This document shows, in pieces, positions 30,922 through 39,310 of a DNA stretch of 64,000 bases. Source of the DNA: Candidatus Entotheonellaceae bacterium. GTDB lineage: Bacteria > Tectomicrobia > Entotheonellia > Entotheonellales > Entotheonellaceae. A program made the position numbers and the translations under genes. The notes beneath the pieces were generated by a model, which was not told where the DNA came from, did not search any database, and was given only the letters and a program-made list of their open reading frames with translations. The stretch is from assembly GCA_965238075.1 (NCBI GenBank), contig OZ250173.1:2912001-2976000 (forward strand), given 5' to 3'. Each line of letters opens with the position of its first letter. Position 1 is the first letter of the stretch.

Positions 30922-32013
30922 ATGGTAGCCTTGCCCCTGCAATCAGAGACGATACGCTTGCCCGACGCGCTTGAGGAGATGCAGGCGTACTTCCATGCCC
31001 ACGGCCTGACCGACGGTCTCCCCATCATCCCGCCGACGCCGCAAGCCGTGCAGAACATGCTGGCCTACACGGATTTGCCGCCGCACGAGGTCATTGCCGC
31101 CTTGCCGCCCCGCAAAGGACAGGCCACCGTGGAGAAGATCGCCATCAACGCCGTCATGGCGGGCTGCCTGCCCCGGTATCTGCCCGTTGTCATCGCCGCT
31201 ATACAGGCCCTCGCGGACGACGCTTTCAATCTGTACGGCGTCTTGGCAACCACGCATCCCTGCACCCCGATGGTGTTTGTAAACGGCCCCATTGGCCGCG
31301 AACTGGACATCAATGCCGGCTACAACGCCATGGGGCAGGGCTGGCGCAGCAACGCCACCATCGGGCGGGCCGTGCGGCTGGTGATGACCAATGTGGCCGG
31401 CGCCCAGCCGGGAGAACTCGACCGCGCCACCTTGGGTACTCCGGCCAAGTACACCTACTGTTTCGCCGAAAATGAGGCCGACAGCCCATGGGAGCCGTGG
31501 CACGTGGAATGCGGCTACCCCGCCGACGTCAGCACGGTAACCGTCGTGGGCGCCGAGGCGCCCCACAATATCAATGACCACGGCAGCATCCGGGCAGAAA
31601 GCATCCTCACGACGGTCGCTGAGACCATGGCCATCGTCGGTTGTAACAACGCGACCGGAGGCGGTCAGCCGGTTGTCGTCTTTGGTCCCGAGCATGCCGC
31701 CACGGTGGCAGCCGAGGGCCTTACGAAGCAAGACGTCAAAGCCTGGCTTTATGAACATGCCCGCATCGATATCGGGCGCTTCAGCCCGGAAAACGCCGCT
31801 CACTTTTTAGGTGATGCCGTCGGGGCGTCTTCCTCGCAAACCCGCGTACCGGTGGCGTCTTCAGCGCAGGACCTCATCGTGCTCGTGGCCGGCGGGGCCG
31901 GCAAGCACTCCTGCTTTATCCCCACGTTTGGCGAAACCCGCGTCGTCACCCGGCCGTTGGCGTTGCGCAACGGCACCCCGGCGGCCTCCATCGAGGTATT
32001 CCGACAGGTCTGA
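30922..32013 (+). CDS. Conserved hypothetical protein (TDGLPIIPPT family), partner of UGSC proteins
   Basis: TDGLPIIPPT, EKIAINAVMAGC, NATIGRA, TLGTPAKY..FAENE and VAGG.G. I recall this family as a frequent neighbour of UGSC genes (not verified); function unknown. Confidence 0.75.
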   Translation: MVALPLQSETIRLPDALEEMQAYFHAHGLTDGLPIIPPTPQAVQNMLAYTDLPPHEVIAALPPRKGQATVEKIAINAVMAGCLPRYLPVVIAAIQALADDAFNLYGVLATTHPCTPMVFVNGPIGRELDINAGYNAMGQGWRSNATIGRAVRLVMTNVAGAQPGELDRATLGTPAKYTYCFAENEADSPWEPWHVECGYPADVSTVTVVGAEAPHNINDHGSIRAESILTTVAETMAIVGCNNATGGGQPVVVFGPEHAATVAAEGLTKQDVKAWLYEHARIDIGRFSPENAAHFLGDAVGASSSQTRVPVASSAQDLIVLVAGGAGKHSCFIPTFGETRVVTRPLALRNGTPAASIEVFRQV

Positions 32014-32060
32014 GTCTTCAACACACTGTTTTTTCTGATGCAAGGGAAGGGGAAGCCTGG

Positions 32061-32861
32061 ATGAATTACGAAGAAATCATCTATACCGTAGAAAATCGTG
32101 TGGCCACCATCACGCTGAATCGCCCCGAATCACTGAATGCGTTCAGCGATCAGATGCTGACGGAGTGGACGGACGCCTTGCTGCGCGCCCAGGCCGACGA
32201 CGAAGTATGGGTGATCATGGTCACCGGCGCGGGTCGCGGATTCTGTTCCGGTGGCAACGTCAAGGGCTTCGTCTACAGCCCCGACGCAACGCCGCCGCCC
32301 CTGCACGAGCAGCGCAACCACATGCGCCATGGTGTGCACCGGGTGCCGCGCGCGGTCTCGCAACTCGACAAGCCCTATATCGCCGCCGTCAATGGTCCGG
32401 CCGCCGGCGCCGGCATGGACATGGCCAGCATGGCGGACATTCGCATTGCCTCCGACAAAGCCAAGTTCGTGATGAGCTACATCAACATGGGATTGGTGAC
32501 CGGTGACGGCGGCGCCTACTTTTTGCCCCGTATCGTCGGCCTCGCCAAAGCATACGAACTGATCTGGGGCGGGGAACCGTTCGACGCTCACGAAGCCCTG
32601 CAGATGGGCTACGTCAATCACGTCGTGCCGCATGAGGAATTCGCACAATTCGCCCAGTCGTATGCCGAGAAATTGGCACGCAAGCCACCGATCGCAACGC
32701 AGCTTATCAAGCGCGCGGTGCGTAAGGGCCTGAATTCCGACCTCGATTCCACCCTCGATTATCTGGAATGGGCGATGCTGATCTGTCGCAGCACGGAAGA
32801 CTCCCAGGAGGGCCCGCGGGCTTGGCGGGAGAAACGCCCGCCGGTGTTCACCGGGCGCTAG
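32061..32861 (+). CDS. Enoyl-CoA hydratase/isomerase (crotonase family)
   Basis: ITLNRPE, GRGFCSGG, AAVNGPAAGAG, GLVTGDGG and EKRPPVFTG. Confidence 0.93.
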   Translation: MNYEEIIYTVENRVATITLNRPESLNAFSDQMLTEWTDALLRAQADDEVWVIMVTGAGRGFCSGGNVKGFVYSPDATPPPLHEQRNHMRHGVHRVPRAVSQLDKPYIAAVNGPAAGAGMDMASMADIRIASDKAKFVMSYINMGLVTGDGGAYFLPRIVGLAKAYELIWGGEPFDAHEALQMGYVNHVVPHEEFAQFAQSYAEKLARKPPIATQLIKRAVRKGLNSDLDSTLDYLEWAMLICRSTEDSQEGPRAWREKRPPVFTGR

Positions 32862-34638
32862 GCAGCAGGTCGCCGAAAGCCTTCACCAGCAGCGGCACGG
32901 AATCGGCCCAGTCGGCCACGATGCCGATATCGGCGTGCTCGAAAATGGCCGCCTGGGGATCGGAATTGATCGCCATTACCGTGCCGGCGGCCTGAATGCC
33001 GCAGGTGTGATTGAAATTGCCGCTCACGGCCATGCCGATATAAAGATTGGGCGCAATGCTGCGGCCGGTAATCCCAACTTGACGGGCGTGCGGTAACCAG
33101 CCCTTATCCGTCACCTTCCTCGTCGTCGCGAGCTCGGCTCCCAGAATCGCCAGCATGGGATCAAGCTCCGGGTAGCGCTCCGGCGGAATTCCCATGCCAA
33201 CACCCACGACGCGCGACGCCATGGCCAAGGAATCCAATTGGTCGTTCCGTTGACGCGAGACAACCCGAACCCGCGAAGCCGCCTCAACGCGATGCCGCTC
33301 TATGGAAGGCGGACGCGGTTTGCGCGGTGTCGGGCGGGGCAGCACGCCAGGGCGCACGGTAGCCATTTGAATGGCTGACGTCGAACGGATTGCCGCCACC
33401 AGCCGCCCGCCAAAAGCCGGTTTCCAGCTCACCAACTGCTCATCTTCATAGTCCAGTGCAATCGCGTCCCCCGTCAGGCCGGAGCCGGTACGGGCCGCAA
33501 CGCGTGAGGCCACCTCGCGTCCCCACGAGGTGCTCGGGGCAAACAGGCACCGGGGGGCGTGGGCGCTGCACCACGACGCCACGAAATGCGCGATGTCTTC
33601 CTCGACGGGCCCGTTGTCCAATACGCAGAGATGATCCGCGCCCCAGGTATAGAATTCCTCCAGCGCCGTGTCGTCCGCTGGGGCGGTCAAAACGCCGGCA
33701 ACGCGGGCGCCGATTTGCGGCGCAATTTGCGCGGCGACGCCAAGCAGCTCACGCGCACTGCCGGCATTGCCCGGTTCCAGGAGAACGACGATTGTGGCGG
33801 CAGGATCAGCCGCGGGTTCGCCCACGGTGTGGACCGCCGGGATTTTTTCGCCGTCGAAAGCGCGGCGCGCCTGAAGCATGGCCATGGCTTCCGCCACCTG
33901 GCTCTGCAGGGCGCCGCTAAGGATGCGGCACTCCCGCTTGACCTCCAACACCTTCGTTTCGCCCACCCAGGTCGGACTACCGGCAGCCCCCCAAGGGCCG
34001 TTGCCCAGATCGGCACTCGTGATCGTGCGTATTTTCTCCGCCGGCACCGTGGCCCTGTCCGCCTCGTCCGCCTTCGCCGGCCGGCACAGACGCTCAGCGG
34101 TCGATATCACAGCAGGGAGGGGCACCTCGGCTTCGACCCAGGCATCGTCGTGCTCGCATCCGACGTGCAGCGTGCGGTCGGGGCGAAGCTCCAGGCTGCG
34201 TACAGCGGCGGCGAACGGCAGGCCCAACAACTCAGCGAGCTCAGGACCCACCTGCCCGGTATCGGCATCAACTGCGTTCTTGCCGACCAGAATCAAGTCG
34301 AAGGGGCCACAGCGTTCGACCACCTCGGCCAATACCTTGGCGGTCGCCAGGGTGTCCGAACCGGCAAACGCCGGATCGGAAATCAGGATGCCGCGGTCAG
34401 CGCCCGCGGCGACGCCCCAGCGAATCACGTCCTCTGCCGCCGGGGGGCCCAGGGAAATCACCGTGCATTGTCCACCGGTGGCTTGCGCCAGCTCGATGCC
34501 CTTGCTGAGCGCGCGCTGGCAATACGGATTCATGGAGAGTTCGACGCCGTCGCGCTGCAAACGACCGTCCGGCCCGAGCGCCATGACTTCAAACTTGGGT
34601 ATTTGCTTCACGAGTGCTGCGACGTGCAGGGGCTTCAT
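32848..34638 (-). CDS. Fused electron transfer flavoprotein beta+alpha
   Basis: N-half beta motifs ALVKQIP, NPY, GSDTLATA and DADTGQVG. C-half alpha FAD motifs TRKVTDKGW, QVGITG, SGNFNH and AINSD. Single 596-aa frame. Confidence 0.9.
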   Translation of the reverse strand: MKPLHVAALVKQIPKFEVMALGPDGRLQRDGVELSMNPYCQRALSKGIELAQATGGQCTVISLGPPAAEDVIRWGVAAGADRGILISDPAFAGSDTLATAKVLAEVVERCGPFDLILVGKNAVDADTGQVGPELAELLGLPFAAAVRSLELRPDRTLHVGCEHDDAWVEAEVPLPAVISTAERLCRPAKADEADRATVPAEKIRTITSADLGNGPWGAAGSPTWVGETKVLEVKRECRILSGALQSQVAEAMAMLQARRAFDGEKIPAVHTVGEPAADPAATIVVLLEPGNAGSARELLGVAAQIAPQIGARVAGVLTAPADDTALEEFYTWGADHLCVLDNGPVEEDIAHFVASWCSAHAPRCLFAPSTSWGREVASRVAARTGSGLTGDAIALDYEDEQLVSWKPAFGGRLVAAIRSTSAIQMATVRPGVLPRPTPRKPRPPSIERHRVEAASRVRVVSRQRNDQLDSLAMASRVVGVGMGIPPERYPELDPMLAILGAELATTRKVTDKGWLPHARQVGITGRSIAPNLYIGMAVSGNFNHTCGIQAAGTVMAINSDPQAAIFEHADIGIVADWADSVPLLVKAFGDLLPSAR

Positions 34639-34651
34639 GGCGACTTCCTCG

Positions 34652-35110
34652 CTAACGGGTTTTCGAGACGTGCGCCGCGATGCTCAGGTTTTCCTGATCC
34701 AGAATGCGGGGCGCGAGACGGCGGTAAAACGGCAGCAGCCAATACCGCACGCCGGGCAGAAGAAACTTGCCGCGCAGACGATTGACGACCGTGCAGCGGT
34801 GGGCATCAATCGGCAGAACGGTGAAAGACTGGCTGTGTGGAAACCAGTCCTTGCCGTCTTCCTGGAGTTCTCCCCACGCCACGTGATAACGGCGATACAC
34901 ACGAATGCGCGCGACCCGCAGGCGCCGATACAAGCCGTAGACGTTGTGCCGGATGGGAACGCACTGGCCCACCTTCGTCACTGGCTCGGCGCAATCCACG
35001 TAGACATGGAAGCGGTTCAGGCGAAGGAGACAGCGCAGATCCGACATCCAGTCCCAGACCGCCTCTGCCGGGGCCTCGATCTGCAAGCGCCGCTCGCATT
35101 CGTAGATCAT
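34652..35110 (-). CDS. SRPBCC (START-like) family protein
   Basis: N-terminal IEAPAEAVWDWMSDL signature, 152 aa. Confidence 0.7.
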   Translation of the reverse strand: MIYECERRLQIEAPAEAVWDWMSDLRCLLRLNRFHVYVDCAEPVTKVGQCVPIRHNVYGLYRRLRVARIRVYRRYHVAWGELQEDGKDWFPHSQSFTVLPIDAHRCTVVNRLRGKFLLPGVRYWLLPFYRRLAPRILDQENLSIAAHVSKTR

Positions 35111-35149
35111 TGCTCAGTCCGATTTGCGGTGACGGGCACCGGCCCATTG

Positions 35150-36346
35150 TCAACGGGCAAGGCCGAAGGCTACCGCCTTCGCCGCGGGATCCTCGCTGGC
35201 CTGCATATACTCGCCAACCGCGGGGATGAGTTGGCCGATGGCCATCTCGCCCCAAAACCAGACGTGCAAGTCAGGCTCGCTCGTTGACGGCTTTTGCGCC
35301 ATGCGGGCTTCGTAATAAAACGCCTTGAGATCGTCGACGCAGTAGCGGATGAACTGCGGCAGCGACACGTTGGCTGGCCGCTCCTTCATGTCCACCTCTT
35401 CGCCGCGACTGTACGCCTCAAGGAACCGGACGAGGCCGCGCCAGCGCCGCTGCGGAATGCCACTGAGGCCCACGGCGGTGCGGCCATCGTGTTCGTCCAC
35501 CCAGCGCTCGTAAAACGCGCGCAGCCCGGCAATCTCATCGGCGGCGTCCGCGGTGGATTGGGCGCCGTTACGCGTGACGCCGGACGATTGGGGCAACAGG
35601 TCTGGAATCTCTTCCTCGGGGAAGTCCGCCAGGAGCGGCCCCTCCGGCTTCTCAAGGAGTTCAAATGCCGCGGCAATGATCCGGTGCTGTAGATCGGCAT
35701 CGTTCGGCTTGCCCAGAGCAAAGCCAAAGGGGTAGGGGACAAACAACGCCCGCGGCGGCTTCACCTTCTCGACGTGCTCGCGCACCATGGCGAGGCTGAC
35801 GGTAGTGAGACCAGCGGCTTCGAAGACCCGTGCCAACACACACACGGTGTGCGTGCACAGGGGTCAGGTGGGGGTTAGAAAAACAACCTCGGCGCCCTCG
35901 TTCTTGAGTCGCTGTGCGACCTCGGGACCGGTTTCTTCCATGATGCGCCGCATGTCGCGAAGGGCTCCCATGAACGAATAGGCGTTCGGCGCCAAGCTGC
36001 CAACGACGCCCCGTGCGGTCAGCTCACGCAGCCGGTCGAGCGGAAAGGTGACGTTGAGGTCGCGGTAGATGGCAGTGTGGTCGAAGCCGATGCTGGTGTG
36101 GCTCTGCAAAATGTCCGTGGCTTTGGCGTTCGAGGGAATGACGCGGTACGACGTATCGCCGCCCTTCATGTCGGCGGCGAACGGCTTGTCGTCGTGCAAG
36201 TGCAGGCCCGCCGAGGTGACCAATGCCAGGTTGCTGTGTTTCAGTTCCCGGCTCGGCGGCGTCCATGGTGTATCGTCGGGTTCCAGGCAGGGAAAGGATA
36301 ACAGGACCTGGCGCAACACGGCGCTCAGTTGTTCAAGCCTCGGCAT
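35150..36346 (-). CDS. PrdB/GrdB-like reductase selenoprotein B with C-terminal extension (398 aa; Sec161 at TGA 35864-35866)
   Basis: The N-half has ALVTSAGLH, GDTSYRVIP and DLNVTFPLDRL. It continues in frame as VFLTPT-U-PLCTHTVCVLARVFEAAGLTTV..PPRALFVPYPFG. A SECIS-like hairpin follows the TGA. Confidence 0.88.
35827..35861 (-). promoter_or_regulatory. Bacterial SECIS-like hairpin (PrdB/GrdB-like gene)
   Basis: Minus strand CCTGTGC-ACGCACAC/CGT/GTGTGTGT-TG-GCACGGG, about 15 bp including G-U pairs. The loop G lies 19 nt after the TGA. Confidence 0.72.
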
Positions 36347-37172
36347 CGCATCCTCCTTCGAGTACGTCGTGACAGGAAACGCTCGTACGTTCCCAGGTTT
36401 CCAGGCACAACGCGGTCAGGGTGCCGCCCCACACGCAGCCGGTGTCCAGCGCATGGACCCCGGGTTCGTTGCAGGCCCCAAGGCTGGCCCAGTGGCCAAA
36501 AATAATGGTTTCCGAGGCATGCAGTCGTCCCGGCATCGCAAACCATGGCAGATAGGGCGCCGGCTGGCTGCCGGGCGGCCCCTTTTCCCGTAAGTCCAAG
36601 CGCCCGACCGGATCACAATACCGCAGGCGGGTCAGGCAGTTGGTGATGTATCCGAGCTGTTCGGCGTAGGGCAGGGACACCGACCACGAATCGCACCGGT
36701 CGCCTGACATTTGCCGCAGCAGGTTCCCGATGCCGGCGCCGCGCAGCCCGGCCTCGACGGCCGCGGCGCACGCCTGTGCCACATCAAGCGTCCACTGCGG
36801 CGGCAGCCCGGCGTGCACCATGGTGATGCCGCGGTCAGCGTCACGATACAACAACGGCTGGCGGCGCAACCAAGCGATCAGGTCGTCGCGGTCCGGCGTC
36901 TCCAGAACGTCGTCGATGGTGTCACCGACCTTGAGCCGTCTGCTACCGCACGCCACCCCCAGCAGGTGCAGGTCGTGATTGCCGAGCACGGTAATGGCCC
37001 GGTCGCCCAGACCACGGACGAAGCGAAGTGATTCGAGCGACTGCGGGCCCCGATTGACCAGGTCGCCGGTGAACCACAGCCGGTCGCGGTCGGGATCGAA
37101 CGGGAGCTTTTCAAGAAGGGCCTGCAGGCTGCCGAAGCACCCCTGCACGTCTCCGATTGCGTAGGTCGCCAC
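36333..37172 (-). CDS. apaH: Symmetrical bis(5'-nucleosyl)-tetraphosphatase
   Basis: IGDVQGC, GDLVNRGP, LGNHD, MVHAG, FGHW and LDTGCVWGG. Confidence 0.95.
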   Translation of the reverse strand: MATYAIGDVQGCFGSLQALLEKLPFDPDRDRLWFTGDLVNRGPQSLESLRFVRGLGDRAITVLGNHDLHLLGVACGSRRLKVGDTIDDVLETPDRDDLIAWLRRQPLLYRDADRGITMVHAGLPPQWTLDVAQACAAAVEAGLRGAGIGNLLRQMSGDRCDSWSVSLPYAEQLGYITNCLTRLRYCDPVGRLDLREKGPPGSQPAPYLPWFAMPGRLHASETIIFGHWASLGACNEPGVHALDTGCVWGGTLTALCLETWERTSVSCHDVLEGGCDAEA

Positions 37173-37184
37173 GCGGCCTCCTGC

Positions 37185-37212
37185 TTGACGCTTCGCCTTG
37201 GCGGGCTATCAT
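37185..37212 (+). promoter_or_regulatory. Putative sigma-70 promoter for aat-trmL
   Basis: TTGACG-N16-TATCAT in the divergent apaH/aat spacer. Confidence 0.4.
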
Positions 37213-37288
37213 GCGGCATCACGACGGCGGGCGGCGAGTGCCATGGCGCCGCCAATCTCCCTGCCACCCCTATTTCGCCAGAGGGCTT

Positions 37289-38026
37289 GTGCCGATCTAT
37301 CGCCTCACCGACAGCCTGACGTTCCCAAACCCAGACGAAGCCGACGCGGATGGGCTGGTAGCCTACGGCGGCGACCTGAGCCCGCACCGGCTGCTGGCCG
37401 CCTACGCGCAGGGGCTTTTTCCCTGGCCGCATGGCGAGGCATGGCCGCTTCTGTGGTTCTCTCCCGACCCACGCACGGTGCTCATTCCGGCCAATCTGCA
37501 CGTCAGCCGCAGCCTGCGGAAAACGTTGCGCCAGGGCGTGTTCACCGTGCGATTCGATACCGCGTTCGACCGCGTCGTCCATGCGTGTGCCACAACAAAA
37601 CGGCCTGGGCAGCAGGGCACGTGGATTACCCCGGGGATGCAGCACGCATACGGCATCCTGCACGAGTTGGGGTTTGCGCATTCAGCCGAGGCATGGGTCA
37701 AAGGCCGTCTGGCAGGCGGCGTGTACGGTGTCTCGCTCGGCGCCGCCTTCTTCGCCGAATCCATGTTCACCCATCGCAGCAACGCCGCCAAGGCTGCGTT
37801 CGTCCACCTCGTCCGGCAATTGGGCGCCTGGGGCTTCCACTTCGTCGATTGCCAGATGCACAGCAACCACCTGGAACGCTTTAGCGCTGTGGCCTGGGAG
37901 CGACCGCATTTTCTGAACGCCTTGGCGCAGGCGTTGCGCCTGCCGACCCGCCGGGGGCGGTGGGCCTTCTCCGACAATCAAGGCGCCACCCCGTCAAATG
38001 GCTATGCTGCACGTCGTCCTATTTGA
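37289..38026 (+). CDS. aat: Leucyl/phenylalanyl-tRNA--protein transferase
   Basis: GGDLS, AYAQGLFPW, WFSPDPR, TWIT, AHSAEAW, ESMF and DCQM. Start GTG 37289. Confidence 0.95.
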   Translation: MPIYRLTDSLTFPNPDEADADGLVAYGGDLSPHRLLAAYAQGLFPWPHGEAWPLLWFSPDPRTVLIPANLHVSRSLRKTLRQGVFTVRFDTAFDRVVHACATTKRPGQQGTWITPGMQHAYGILHELGFAHSAEAWVKGRLAGGVYGVSLGAAFFAESMFTHRSNAAKAAFVHLVRQLGAWGFHFVDCQMHSNHLERFSAVAWERPHFLNALAQALRLPTRRGRWAFSDNQGATPSNGYAARRPI

Positions 38027-38468
38027 GCCCGAAATTCCCGCCAACACGGGAAACATTATTCGGCTCTGCGCCAACACGGGCGCCCAGCTTCATCTCATCC
38101 AGCCACTGGGTTTCAGCATGGACGACAAACGCTTGCGTCGCGCCGGCCTGGATTATCACGAATGGGTCAGCATCCAAACGCACGTCTCGTTCCAGGCGTT
38201 CTCGGTCGAGGCGGCGTTCACACGCCTGTTTGCGAGCAGCGTGAAGGGCAAGCGAGCCTACCACGAGGTTGCGTATCGGGAAGGGGATGCGCTGCTGTTC
38301 GGCCCGGAGACGCGTGGGCTGCCGGACGACCTCCTGCGGCATTCGCTCGTCGATACCGTTTTGCGCGTCCCGATGCAGCAGACCAGCCGAAGCCTGAATT
38401 TGGCCAACGCAGCCGCCATCGTCCTCTATGAAGCGTGGCGCCAATTGGGTTTCCGCGGTGGGAGCTAA
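37998..38468 (+). CDS. trmL: tRNA (cytidine/uridine-34-2'-O)-methyltransferase
   Basis: EPEIPANTGNIIRLC, RRAGLDY, FGPETRGLP and RSLNLAN. Confidence 0.96.
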   Translation: MAMLHVVLFEPEIPANTGNIIRLCANTGAQLHLIQPLGFSMDDKRLRRAGLDYHEWVSIQTHVSFQAFSVEAAFTRLFASSVKGKRAYHEVAYREGDALLFGPETRGLPDDLLRHSLVDTVLRVPMQQTSRSLNLANAAAIVLYEAWRQLGFRGGS

Positions 38469-38492
38469 ACCCGCGAGCCCGCCAGAAACGGA

Positions 38493-39278
38493 TCAGGACG
38501 TAACGGCTTTGCGCACGTCGTCCCCGTGCTCCTTCCACCAGTTGTAGAGGATGTTCACGTCCGTGCCGATGCAGAAGTGGCGTACGCCCATATCCAGATA
38601 GTACTTCGCCTGGTCGGCGGTGTTGATTTCGGCGCGCGGCGGCACGCCCATGCGCAGGGACGTCTCGATCACCTTACGCTCAACCGCCTTGATTTCCGCC
38701 GAGCCCCGCTGGCCTGCTCGCCCCACGCTCATGGAGTAATCCGAGCCGCCCCACTGGATCATGTCGACGCCCGGCACCGAGAGCACCTCTTCCAGGTTCT
38801 CGACCGCCCCGTCTTTCTCGATCATGATCACTACCACGATATCCCGGAGGGCGCGCACGTAGTCCATGGAGCCGCCGTAACCCATGTAGGTAAAGCGGCG
38901 CGTCGCCACCCCGTAGGTGCCGCCGTCCTCCGGCGTTTCGGGGCGGGCAATGGCAACGCATTCGCGCACCTCGTCGGCCGAACGGCAGTCGGAGAACAGC
39001 ACGCTCTGGAAGCCGGAGCCGATGGCGCGCTGGGCAATAAAGCCCCGCGGCTCCTGATCCACCTTGACCATCATCGACATGTCATAAAGCTCGGCGGCCC
39101 GGCACATGTCGTCGAAAGCATACAGGTCGAAGGGGCCGTATTCGGCGACAAATTCCACGTAGTCATACGTGCCGGTATGGCCGATGGCCTCCACAATGGA
39201 CGGCCACGTGGTGTGAATATGGGTGCCGATAGTGGGTTTATCCGCCTTGAGCAATTCGCGGAACTTGTTCGCTCGCAT
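38493..39278 (-). CDS. HpcH/HpaI aldolase/citrate lyase family protein
   Basis: VEFVAEYG, IMIE, VPGVD, GGSDYS and IGTD. Confidence 0.88.
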   Translation of the reverse strand: MRANKFRELLKADKPTIGTHIHTTWPSIVEAIGHTGTYDYVEFVAEYGPFDLYAFDDMCRAAELYDMSMMVKVDQEPRGFIAQRAIGSGFQSVLFSDCRSADEVRECVAIARPETPEDGGTYGVATRRFTYMGYGGSMDYVRALRDIVVVIMIEKDGAVENLEEVLSVPGVDMIQWGGSDYSMSVGRAGQRGSAEIKAVERKVIETSLRMGVPPRAEINTADQAKYYLDMGVRHFCIGTDVNILYNWWKEHGDDVRKAVTS

Positions 39279-39310
39279 AGGAACCTCCTGATAAGGTCAA
39301 TGTTACCTGT

